Source of the DNA: Chloroflexota bacterium
Lineage (GTDB): Bacteria > Chloroflexota > Limnocylindria > Limnocylindrales > CSP1-4
Assembly (NCBI GenBank): GCA_040752335.1
Contig: JBFMEV010000008.1
Location: forward strand, 3,272 to 67,271
Reading direction: 5' to 3'
Length of the DNA stretch: 64,000 nt
Both the position numbers and the translations under genes were made by a program. The stretch's first letter is position 1, and each line of letters begins with the position of its first letter. Shown piece after piece: positions 53,073 through 61,539 of this stretch. Under the pieces are notes generated by a model, which saw nothing but the letters and a program-made list of their open reading frames with translations, was not told where the DNA came from and did no database searches.

Positions 53073-55421
53073 TTAGCTCGTTGGGTCGACGACGAAGTAG
53101 CTGAAGCCCGTGTCGCCCACGACCGGCCCCGTGAGGTGGACGGTGAACGAATTCGCCGCCCACTCGATCCACGAGACAGCGACGGCGGCGCCCGGGTTCT
53201 GATACAGGGAAACGCTCACGTGGCTGTTCGCGGCGGGAACGGCGACCGACGCGGCCGACTCGCCGGCCAGGATCGTGCCAAAGCCAACGGTGCTGAACCG
53301 CACTCGGCCCTGGGCATGAATCGCCGCGCCCGACCCGCCGCCGGAGCGGACCGCGACGATCGCGTCGCCGTCGCCGTCGTCCTTGCGCTCGGCGATCAGC
53401 GCCGCGCCGACGCCACCCTCGCTCCGAATCGCGACGAGCCCGTTGCCGGGCGTCGAGGTCCTCCGCTCGATCACAGCGGCCGGGTGCCCGCCCGGAGAGG
53501 TCGACTCGCTGATCGCCCCCAATGCCCAGCCGTCGCCGTCACCGGACCTCCAGGTCAGCACCCCGTGACCGCCGCCGGGGCCCTCACGTGATGCGGTCAG
53601 CGCTTCGCCGCCGCCGCCGTCCGTTCGAGTCGCCCGGATTGCGCCACCCGGTGCAGAGCCGGATCGCGTCGCCAGCAGCGCGTCCGCGTAGTCAGGATGG
53701 GTGCTGGAGTTGTGCGCCTCGAGCGCCAAGCCGTGGCCCTCGCCGGTCCGGATGACAACGGCCCCATGACCGGGACCAGAGCCTTCCCGGATCGACGTCA
53801 GGCCGCTGCCCGCTCCTTCCTCGGTCCGAGTGGTGTAGACGCCATCCCCCTCGCCCGATCCCGAGCGGTTGGTCCAGATGGCATTGCCAGCACCCTCGTT
53901 CATGCGGTGAGCAGCGACGGCCATCCCGAACGCCGACCCTACGCGGAAGGCTTCTAGGCCGTTTCCGTTCTCTCCATCGTGCCAGGCACGAACACCCGCA
54001 CCCTCGCCACTCCCATGGCGCTCCCCGGTCACGCCCTGGCCGGGGCCGCCGTCGTTGCGCGACGCGGCGAGCCCGTCCCCGTAGCCGGGGCCCTCACCGT
54101 AGCGCTCGGTATGGATCGAATGCCCCAAATCCTCGTCGCCACTTCGGTTCGCGTACATGGCGTTGCCAGGCCCGCCTTGCTCCCGGAACGCGATGATGGC
54201 GTTGCCGTGGCCCGATCCTCGTCGGAAGGCTTCGACGCCGTTGCCGATGCCGTCGTCGTTGCGTTCGCCGACGACGCCTGAGCCAGCACCCGAAGCAGTC
54301 CGAGCGCCGATGACGCCATGTCCGGGTCCGCCGCCGCTGCGATGGCCGCGGATCGCGTCGCCGTAGACGACGTCGCCGTTCCGGTCGGCAACGAGCGCAT
54401 GGGTGTCGTTGTCGGTCTCGTCGTCTCCCTCGCGGAGGGCATATATCGAGTGCCCGGGGCCGCCCGATTCCCTGGATGCATAGAGGGCATTCCCGCCGCC
54501 GGTTCCCCGACGGTGGGCTTCGATACCGTCACCATTGCCGTTGTCGGTCCGATCGCTGACGAGGCCCGCGCCATCCCCCAGCCCTGACTTGATCGTCGAG
54601 AGGCCGTGGCCGAACTCGTCGCCGTCACGATGGGCGTGGATCGCGTCGCCGGGCCCGCCGGGCTCGCGAAACGCGGTGATGGCGTCTCCGCCGCCCTCTC
54701 CGAGCCGATGGCCACGGATTGCTGCCCCGCCACCCGACCCCTCCCGGAAGGCTGCGACCGCGTCGCCCGCATCGCCGTCGTGGTAGGCGTGGACGCCGTC
54801 GCCCTGGCCGGTGCCATGTCGAGCGCCGCTGACTCCGTGCCCATCGCCGCCGTCCCAGCGTTCGCCGAGGACCGCATCGCCGTACGTCGGTGCGTCTCCG
54901 TACCGGACGCCGAGGACGCTGGAGCCGTCGCCGCTGCTCGAGTTGATCGAGGTGACGCCGTCGCCTCCACCGGTGTTGCCCTTCTCGACGTACAGGCCGC
55001 TCCCAGCGGCCTCCTGGTTCTGGTTCAAGTGGATGGCATCGCCTCGACCGTAGCCGTCGATGACTGCCAGGATTGCATGGTCGTCGCCGGTGTCAGCGGC
55101 GCCGCTCCGGTAGACGCTGATCGCGCTCCCCGGCGCGTTCGTGTTCTTCTCGGCGAGGATCGCCTCCCCGCTCCCGGTGCTCAACGCATGGAGAGCCGGA
55201 TCGGCATCGTTCGTTGTGAATGTCGCCGTCGGTGGTCCCGGAGGGAAGGCGAGCACTGCCGCGGGACCTGTCAGGGCCATGGCGGCGGCACCGGCGCCGG
55301 CACCCGCCACCGTTGCCAGGAACGCGCGTCGATCGCGCGGCGAATCGCTCGCGGCGGGTTGACTCGTGGGTTGCGCGTCGACCTCGTCTGGACGCGGCGC
55401 AGTACGCAGGACGCGGGACAT
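53073..55421 (-). CDS. Tat-signal secreted protein made of about 45 tandem 13-residue Gly/Arg/His repeats plus a conserved C-terminal domain (no family recognised)
   Basis: The twin-arginine signal is SPRDRRAFLATVAGAGAGAAAMALTGPAAVLA. The repeats follow G-[DNH]-[GA]-[IVL]-x-[AG]-x-R-x-G-x-G-x. The C-terminus reads …FTVHLT…FSYFVVDP. GGAGGG lies 7 nt upstream of the ATG at 55421. Confidence 0.8.
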   Translation of the reverse strand: MSRVLRTAPRPDEVDAQPTSQPAASDSPRDRRAFLATVAGAGAGAAAMALTGPAAVLAFPPGPPTATFTTNDADPALHALSTGSGEAILAEKNTNAPGSAISVYRSGAADTGDDHAILAVIDGYGRGDAIHLNQNQEAAGSGLYVEKGNTGGGDGVTSINSSSGDGSSVLGVRYGDAPTYGDAVLGERWDGGDGHGVSGARHGTGQGDGVHAYHDGDAGDAVAAFREGSGGGAAIRGHRLGEGGGDAITAFREPGGPGDAIHAHRDGDEFGHGLSTIKSGLGDGAGLVSDRTDNGNGDGIEAHRRGTGGGNALYASRESGGPGHSIYALREGDDETDNDTHALVADRNGDVVYGDAIRGHRSGGGPGHGVIGARTASGAGSGVVGERNDDGIGNGVEAFRRGSGHGNAIIAFREQGGPGNAMYANRSGDEDLGHSIHTERYGEGPGYGDGLAASRNDGGPGQGVTGERHGSGEGAGVRAWHDGENGNGLEAFRVGSAFGMAVAAHRMNEGAGNAIWTNRSGSGEGDGVYTTRTEEGAGSGLTSIREGSGPGHGAVVIRTGEGHGLALEAHNSSTHPDYADALLATRSGSAPGGAIRATRTDGGGGEALTASREGPGGGHGVLTWRSGDGDGWALGAISESTSPGGHPAAVIERRTSTPGNGLVAIRSEGGVGAALIAERKDDGDGDAIVAVRSGGGSGAAIHAQGRVRFSTVGFGTILAGESAASVAVPAANSHVSVSLYQNPGAAVAVSWIEWAANSFTVHLTGPVVGDTGFSYFVVDPTS
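53307..55175 (-). repeat. In-frame 39-bp periodic coding repeat array (degenerate)
   Basis: The 13-aa period is visible over about 620 residues. An example run is GDAVAAFREGSGG/GAAIRGHRLGEGG/GDAITAFREPGGP/GDAIHAHRDGDEF/GHGLSTIKSGLGD. Confidence 0.8.
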
Positions 55422-55809
55422 TGCCAGACCCTCCACTCCGTATCGCTTGGTCTGGCCGGTAGACGCGCCGAGCCGTTATGCATTACGGCCGCGGGCGAAG
55501 CCGGCGAGCCCGCGATATCAGGCCGGGGTCAGGCCTCCAGCGCGGGCAAGGTCGCTCGCGACACCCCCCGGCCGGGCTCCGGATCGCGCATGTGTATCAC
55601 CCGGGCCTCTCCGTGTCACCAGGTTTCGCAGAGTCCGGTGCCCGGACGCACCACCCCCGCTCGTTGCGGAGCACTGACCGGGCAAGCGAACCGACCCACG
55701 CGGGGAAGCGACTATGCCATCGGGCGCGGCCCGTCCGTCCGCGTGGCTCCGGGTGCGTATAGGACCGCGCGCGGGCTGACCGCCAGAGGTGGCCGATCTG
55801 CCCGGAGCC

Positions 55810-56523
55810 TCAGCTGCCCGACTTCAGGGCCGCCAGCCGAGCGTCGACCTCGAGCTCGTCCTCCGCCGAGTCGAGCGAGGCGAACTGCTCTTCGAGCGAG
55901 GAGGCCGAGACCTCCTCCATCCCGCGGACCATCGCCTCCTGGCGCCGGACGTTCTCCTCGAAGCGCGAGATCTCGCTCGTGGGGTCCATGACCGAGACGC
56001 TCTTCATCGTCTGCTGGACCTGGGCCTGGGCGCGGGCCATCTTGGCCCGGCTGACGAGCTCGTCGCGCTTCTGGACGAGCTCCTCGCGGCGGACGCGAAG
56101 CTTGTTGAGGCCGTCCTTGAGCTTGTTCGCCAGCTCGGTCTGCTGGGCCGCCTGCGTCTCGAGGGTCTTCGCCTGCTCCTCGTAGCTGATCTGGCGGCGG
56201 AGGGCGATCTTCGCGAGCTCGTCGAAGCGGTCAGCCTCGGTGGCGTTGCCGCCGCTCCGCAGTTCGTCCGCCCGCCGCGACGCCGCTGCGGCCTTGCCGC
56301 CCCACTCGGTGACGGCCTCGCGGGCCTCGCGGGCGTCGTCCTCGACGAGGCGAAGGTTGCCGATCGTCTGGGCCACGGCCTCCTCGGCCTCGGCCATGTT
56401 GTTCGTGTAGTCGCGGACCAGCTGGTCGAGCATCTTCTCGGGGTCCTCGGCGCTGTCGAGGATCGCGTTGACGTTCGCCCGGATGAGCTGGCCGATCCGG
56501 CCGAGGATCGACGACTGAGCCAT
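55810..56523 (-). CDS. pspA: PspA/IM30 (ESCRT-III-like membrane-remodelling) protein
   Basis: The N-terminus is MAQSSILGRIGQLIRANVNAILDSAEDPEKMLDQLVRDY…, followed by a long coiled coil. AAGGAGG lies 5 nt upstream of the ATG. Confidence 0.92.
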   Translation of the reverse strand: MAQSSILGRIGQLIRANVNAILDSAEDPEKMLDQLVRDYTNNMAEAEEAVAQTIGNLRLVEDDAREAREAVTEWGGKAAAASRRADELRSGGNATEADRFDELAKIALRRQISYEEQAKTLETQAAQQTELANKLKDGLNKLRVRREELVQKRDELVSRAKMARAQAQVQQTMKSVSVMDPTSEISRFEENVRRQEAMVRGMEEVSASSLEEQFASLDSAEDELEVDARLAALKSGS

Positions 56524-56587
56524 GCCTACCTCCTTCGGGGTGCTGCCCCGCGAAGCCTACCTGCCTGATGGATCGAGATGGCCCGGC

Positions 56588-58657
56588 TCACCACCGGCCG
56601 CCCCGCGAATGCCCGCCGCCGCCCCCGCCGAAGCCACCGCCCCGGCTGTGGCCTCCGCCGCCCCAACCGCCGCCGCCCCCGCCCCCAGACGGGCCGGATG
56701 AGCCCCACGGCGAGCCGCCCCAGCCGCCGCCATGGTGGCCGCCGCCGGACAGGATCCCGCCGATGATGCCGCCGAGGATCGCCCCGGCGATATCCGACCC
56801 GCCACCGCCCCGCGTGGGGCTCGGCCCACCGCGGTCCCACTTATCGAAGTCCGAGGCCGCGAGCGCGTACGCCTCCTCGGCCAGTCGTTCCGCGCGCTTG
56901 GAGTGCTCCATCGCCGCCGCGGGGTCGGCGTCGCGGAGGCGGACCGCGGTCTCGAGTGACCGCTCGGCCTCGGCCAGCCGCGTTCGGGCCCGGCGCCCGA
57001 CGCCGCCCCGGCGGGTAGCGATGAAGTCGGATGCCCGGTCGACGTCGGCCGCGGCCGCAGCCAGCGACGCGTTCAGCGCGGCCGCGAACTGGGCCCGCTG
57101 CTCGGCGTCACGGCGAACGGCGGCGAGGGCCTCGCCCGCACCACGTCGGGCCGTGGCCGCGAGTCTGATGGCTCCCAGCGGGTCGCGCGGCGTGGTGGTC
57201 GCGGCCGCCGTCGCGGCGCGGAGGGCATCCGCGGCCGCGTCGAAGCTGGCCGGAACCGCCGGCGCCACGCCGGAGGCCGAGGTCGCGGCGCGAAGACCAC
57301 CCCTCGCCGCGGCGAGGTCGGCGTCGGCCGCCCGGAGCTCGTCGGCCAGCTTCGACTCGGCCTCGCGGACCGAGGCAGCCAGCTTGTCGATGGCATCGAG
57401 GAGCTTGGTCGCGCCGGCGATCCCCTCCTGGGCCGTGACGATCTCGCGGGCGGCGGTCCGCCCGTTGCCCTTGGCCGCCGCCGCCAGCCCGCGCTCAATG
57501 GCGGCCCGGGCCCCGGTCAGGCCCTTGCGGGCCTCGGCGGCGTTGCCGATCACGGGGCCCCACGTCGACTCCGCATAGCCGCGGAGCTCGCCGAGCGTCG
57601 ACTCGGCGCCAGGCAGGTGGCGCTCCTGGGCCTCGACGAGCGCCGGCAGGCCGGCCAGGATCGTCGGGGCATTGCGCTCCAGGTTGCGGAGTTCGTCGAT
57701 CCGGGCGGCCTGGCGGTCGAGGGCGGCCCCGGCCCGGCTGCAGCGGGAGACGATCTCGTTGAGCATCGCCTCACGGGTCGGCGGGTCCTCGGGCTCGGCA
57801 TCGTCGAGCTTCTGGCGGACCCCGAACGCCGCGCGGAGCTCGTCGCGGGCCTCGGCGATCGCTGCCCGGAAGGGCTTCGCCTCGGCCTCCCCGTACTCGG
57901 CCTCGACAAAGCCGGCCTCCTGATCGGCGGTCCGGGTGCGCTCGTCGACGGCGATGAGCATCGAGTTCGCCTCGCGCGCGAGCCTGCCGGTCCGCCGATC
58001 GCGCTCCTCCGCCTCGCGCCACCTCCCAACCCGGGATGCCAGCCAGGCGCCAAGGATGACGACGCCGCCGCTGACGAGGACGAAGCCGACGATGATGCCG
58101 AGATCAAGGCCGCCACTCGCGGCTCCGCCGCCATCGTCAGCGGGCGGCTCGGTCGCAACCGGGGTGGGTTCCGCGGTCGGGATCACTTCGGGCTCGGACG
58201 CCTTGCCGAGCCCTCCGGCGGTCGCGATCGCCGCGCCCGCGACGTCACCGTCGCGGAGGGCCGGCTCGAGGGTGTCGGAGATGATCGAGTCGAGCTCGAG
58301 GTCGGTGATCTCGTCGTCGAGGCGGTCGGAGACCCAGATCGCATCCGTCCGGTCCCCCATCGCCACGACCAGCAGCGCGTCATCGGCGCCGAGCGAATTC
58401 AGCCGGGCGGTCTCGTCAGCGAACTCGGTGACCGTCAGGTCGTCGGTGGTGTCGACGAACAGGACGAAGAGCTGGACGCCGTGCTCGTCGAGGAGGTCGG
58501 CAAGGGCCGCCTCGACGGCATCGACCTCGCCGCCGAGGGCGTCGACCTGGTCCGTGACGGCCCCGTCGAGCCGGGGCGGGGCGGCCGCCAGCACGCCGGT
58601 CGCACACGCGAACGCGAGGCCGATGGCGAGGAGCGAGGGGATTCGAAGGGTTCGCAT
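56588..58657 (-). CDS. TPM-domain membrane protein with a roughly 430-aa cytoplasmic helical region and a Gly-rich tail
   Basis: Signal peptide, then a TPM fold (…VTDQVDALGG…LFVLFVDTT…ALLVVAMGDRTDAIWVSD…). One TM helix (IIVGFVLVSGGVVILGAWLA). A long Ala/Arg/Glu-rich helical segment. The tail reads GGHHGGGWGGSPWG…GGGGGGHSRGGRW. Confidence 0.85.
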   Translation of the reverse strand: MRTLRIPSLLAIGLAFACATGVLAAAPPRLDGAVTDQVDALGGEVDAVEAALADLLDEHGVQLFVLFVDTTDDLTVTEFADETARLNSLGADDALLVVAMGDRTDAIWVSDRLDDEITDLELDSIISDTLEPALRDGDVAGAAIATAGGLGKASEPEVIPTAEPTPVATEPPADDGGGAASGGLDLGIIVGFVLVSGGVVILGAWLASRVGRWREAEERDRRTGRLAREANSMLIAVDERTRTADQEAGFVEAEYGEAEAKPFRAAIAEARDELRAAFGVRQKLDDAEPEDPPTREAMLNEIVSRCSRAGAALDRQAARIDELRNLERNAPTILAGLPALVEAQERHLPGAESTLGELRGYAESTWGPVIGNAAEARKGLTGARAAIERGLAAAAKGNGRTAAREIVTAQEGIAGATKLLDAIDKLAASVREAESKLADELRAADADLAAARGGLRAATSASGVAPAVPASFDAAADALRAATAAATTTPRDPLGAIRLAATARRGAGEALAAVRRDAEQRAQFAAALNASLAAAAADVDRASDFIATRRGGVGRRARTRLAEAERSLETAVRLRDADPAAAMEHSKRAERLAEEAYALAASDFDKWDRGGPSPTRGGGGSDIAGAILGGIIGGILSGGGHHGGGWGGSPWGSSGPSGGGGGGGWGGGGHSRGGGFGGGGGGHSRGGRW

Positions 58658-58725
58658 GTTCCCGGTTCGGGCGGGCAGGGTACGGGGACCCGTCAATCGT
58701 ATTCGGGAACGCCCGGACGGACAGA

Positions 58726-58758
58726 GACGCTCGGCCCGAACGAGTTGGGCCGAGCGTC
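58726..58758 (-). terminator. Strong hairpin terminator after the 435-aa repeat-protein gene
   Basis: GACGCTCGGCCC-(9 nt)-GGGCCGAGCGTC is a 12-bp perfect stem. It ends 43 nt downstream of the stop at 58801 (minus-strand sense). Confidence 0.6.
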
Positions 58759-58800
58759 AGTCTCGATCGGTTGGCGGCCGCCCCCCCGGCCGACCGCCGA

Positions 58801-60108
58801 TCAAGCGGGATCGACGATGAAGTACGAGAAGTCGACGGGATTCGTCGCCGGGCTCGTGAGGTGGACGGTGAAGCTGACCCCAGGAACGCGAGTGACGTAG
58901 GCCACGCTCGCCCCGGCGTCGCCGAGCAGCGTCACCGAAACGTGGCTCGCGCCGCCAACCATCGCGGTCGCGATGGTGGCGCTGCTCTCGGTGGCACCGA
59001 TCGACCCCGAGCCGACCGAGGCGAACCGTGAGCGACCCTCGACGAGCAGCCCGAGTTCGCCGACGGCGTGAACGGCCGCGCCTGGCCCGGCTTCCCGGCG
59101 GGCGAACAGCGCATCGCCCTCCGCGCTCCCGTCATGGTGGCCGAACAGAGCGAAGCCGGTCCCGTCATCGTGCTTGTACGCGGCAACGGCGGAACCGTGT
59201 CCGGAACCGGTGCGATCCGAAATGATCGCGTCACCCTCACCAGCGCCGCTCCGGCTGGCCTCAATCGCATGGCCGGGCGCGGTGCTGTCGTTCTCGCCCC
59301 GGAGCCCGGTCCCGCCGCCGCCGCCGGTGCGGATGGCTCGCAGGCCTGCGCCAGGTGAGTCGCCGTAGCGGACACCCAGGATGGCGTCCGCGTACTCGCC
59401 GACATCGCTGTGGTTGTGGGCCTCGAGGGCAGAGCCGTGGCCCTCGGGGTTCCGCATGACAAAGGCGCCGTGGCCGAACCCGGGACCCTCACGGATGGCG
59501 ACCACGCCGCTCCCGGTCCCCTCTCCCGTCCGGGTCAGGTACGCCCCGTCACCCTCACCGGCACCCGATCGGTCGGTCCAGACGCCGTGGCCGCCGCCGT
59601 CGTCCATCCGGTGGGCGGCGATGGCCTGCCCGTACGACGGACCGACCCGGAACGCCGAGAGCCCCTCACCAGCGTCGCCGTCGTGCCAGGCGCTCACCGC
59701 GTCGCCAGAGCCGGTGTCATGGCGCTCGCCACTGACCCCGTTGCCCGACCCGGAGCCAAACCGCAGCCCGGCGATCCCCGGACCCGCGCCTTCGTCAAAG
59801 TGCGCCCCGACCACGCCGGAGCCTTCGCCGTTGCCGGAGCGCTCGCCCCAGACGCCGTCGCCGTTGGAGCCCGTGCTGACGCCCTTCAGGCCCGGGCCGG
59901 TGGCGGTATTGATCCCCGTGAGCGCCGGGTCATCGTCGTGGCTTGTGAACGTGGGGTTCGGGGGTCCCTGCGGCACGGCGAGCGCCGCGGCCGGCACCGC
60001 GAGGGCGACCGCGGCGGCGCCTGCGCCAGCCCCGGCCACGGCCGCGAGAAACGCCCGTCGATCCTTGCCCTGCCTCTGCGTGTCGGGGCTGTCTGTTCGC
60101 TCCATCAC
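58801..60108 (-). CDS. Tat-signal secreted 13-residue-repeat protein, shorter paralog of 53073-55421
   Basis: The signal is GKDRRAFLAAVAGAGAGAAAVALAVPAAALA. It has about 21 repeats of the same type. The C-terminus reads …FTVHLT…FSYFIVDPA. GGAGGA lies upstream of GTG 60108 / ATG 60105. Confidence 0.8.
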   Translation of the reverse strand: MMERTDSPDTQRQGKDRRAFLAAVAGAGAGAAAVALAVPAAALAVPQGPPNPTFTSHDDDPALTGINTATGPGLKGVSTGSNGDGVWGERSGNGEGSGVVGAHFDEGAGPGIAGLRFGSGSGNGVSGERHDTGSGDAVSAWHDGDAGEGLSAFRVGPSYGQAIAAHRMDDGGGHGVWTDRSGAGEGDGAYLTRTGEGTGSGVVAIREGPGFGHGAFVMRNPEGHGSALEAHNHSDVGEYADAILGVRYGDSPGAGLRAIRTGGGGGTGLRGENDSTAPGHAIEASRSGAGEGDAIISDRTGSGHGSAVAAYKHDDGTGFALFGHHDGSAEGDALFARREAGPGAAVHAVGELGLLVEGRSRFASVGSGSIGATESSATIATAMVGGASHVSVTLLGDAGASVAYVTRVPGVSFTVHLTSPATNPVDFSYFIVDPA

Positions 60109-60225
60109 CGATGTCCTCCTTGGACGCCTAGCTCAGATTCAGGACGCGATCGCGTCGCGAGCGTTACAGCGGAAGACGTACCGGCGGGTCGCCCCGGCTC
60201 TGCTCGACCCCGTATCCTTCGGGCT

Positions 60226-61281
60226 ATGGTCCGCCACCTGTCCCGGTCGATCCCGCTGGCCGAGCTCCACTGCCATCTCGGCGCGGCGGTGACGCCGGCG
60301 ATCATGTGGGGCATCGCCCACTCCCAGGGCATCAAGCTCCCGACCAAGGACTACTGGGAGTTCCGCGAGCTCATCACGGTCAAGCCCCACGGCACGAAGT
60401 CGTTCGACGGCTACCTCCAGCTCTTCCACTGGACCGAGCTCATCCAGAGCTCGCCGCTGGCGGTCGAGCGGAGCGTGTACGAGGTCGTCGGCGGGGCCTA
60501 CCGGAAGAACAACGTCACGACGATGGAGCTCCGCTTCAACCCCATGAAGCGGAACCGGGGCGGCGAGCAGGACCTCGATCACATCATCGCCGCGGCGACA
60601 CGGGGCATGGACCGGGCGAGCCTCGAATACCCGATCAAGCCGGGCCTGATCTTCTGCCTCGACCGGGCCTTCCCGTACGAGCTCAACGAGATCATCGTGG
60701 AGAAGGCGATCGCCTGGCGCGATCGCGGCGTCGTCGGCGTCGACATCGCCGGTCCCGAATCGAGCACCTTCCGGGTCGCCGAGTATCGCAAGCTGTTCCG
60801 CCGCGCTCGCCAGTTTGGGCTCGGGATCACGGTCCACACCGGCGAAGCCGGCCCGGTCGAGGAGGTCGCCCGCGTCGTCGAGCTCCTGGAGCCCGATCGG
60901 ATCGGCCACGGCGTCAAGGCCGCCTACGACCCCCGGGCGATGGCGATGATCCGGGAGCGGGGCATCGTCCTCGAGATCTGCCCGACCTCGAACCTCAACA
61001 CGAAGGTCGTCTCGGGTTGGGATGAGATCCGCTGGATCTTCGACACCTTCCGCCGCAATGGCGTCCGATTCACGATCTCGACTGACGGGCCGGAGATGCT
61101 CAAGACCTACATCCGGGACGAGCTGGCGACGCTCGGCCGGCTGGGGATCCTGTCGGTCGAGGAGCAGGAGCAGGCGGCCGCGACCGCGATGGCCGCGTCC
61201 TTCGTCCCGAACGTCTCCGACGTCCCGCTGCCCGCCCGCCCGCCGGCGACCCGCGAGGCCGTGGAGCGCGAAGAGGCATAG
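60226..61281 (+). CDS. Adenosine/adenine deaminase-family metallohydrolase
   Basis: LAELHCHLG is the HxH metal site. …GVDIAG…, …ITVHTGE… and …ISTDGP… are present. Confidence 0.85.
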   Translation: MVRHLSRSIPLAELHCHLGAAVTPAIMWGIAHSQGIKLPTKDYWEFRELITVKPHGTKSFDGYLQLFHWTELIQSSPLAVERSVYEVVGGAYRKNNVTTMELRFNPMKRNRGGEQDLDHIIAAATRGMDRASLEYPIKPGLIFCLDRAFPYELNEIIVEKAIAWRDRGVVGVDIAGPESSTFRVAEYRKLFRRARQFGLGITVHTGEAGPVEEVARVVELLEPDRIGHGVKAAYDPRAMAMIRERGIVLEICPTSNLNTKVVSGWDEIRWIFDTFRRNGVRFTISTDGPEMLKTYIRDELATLGRLGILSVEEQEQAAATAMAASFVPNVSDVPLPARPPATREAVEREEA

Positions 61282-61539
61282 CCGAGCTCACACGCGCGGA
61301 GGATCGTCGCCCGGCCGCCGGCGAGCCCGAGTTTCGGTCACCTACGATCCGGGATCGTGGAAGGTGGCGCGACCGCCAATGGGGCCCCCCGGTTCGCGCC
61401 CATCTCCACCTCGAGTCGTGCGTGGGGCATGCCCGGAGGGAGCTCGGGGTCGATTCGAGTGACAGGGCCGGATCTACCACGATCCCCGGTCGTTTCTGAC
61501 TGGCGGGACCGGCGCCGCGCTACACGGCGCCAGGCACTA

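Noticed and set aside
53307-55175. Periodic 39-bp DNA repeats that superficially resemble a repeat-spacer array.
   Set aside because: The repeats are contiguous with no spacers, degenerate, in frame, and inside a long ORF with a signal peptide. No cas genes are present. This is a coding tandem repeat, not CRISPR.
55789-56568. A 259-aa plus-strand ORF antisense to pspA.
   Set aside because: It is the mirror image of a coiled-coil gene and gives a Leu/Arg/Asp/Glu-rich pseudo-coiled coil. The minus frame has the diagnostic PspA N-terminus and a strong RBS.
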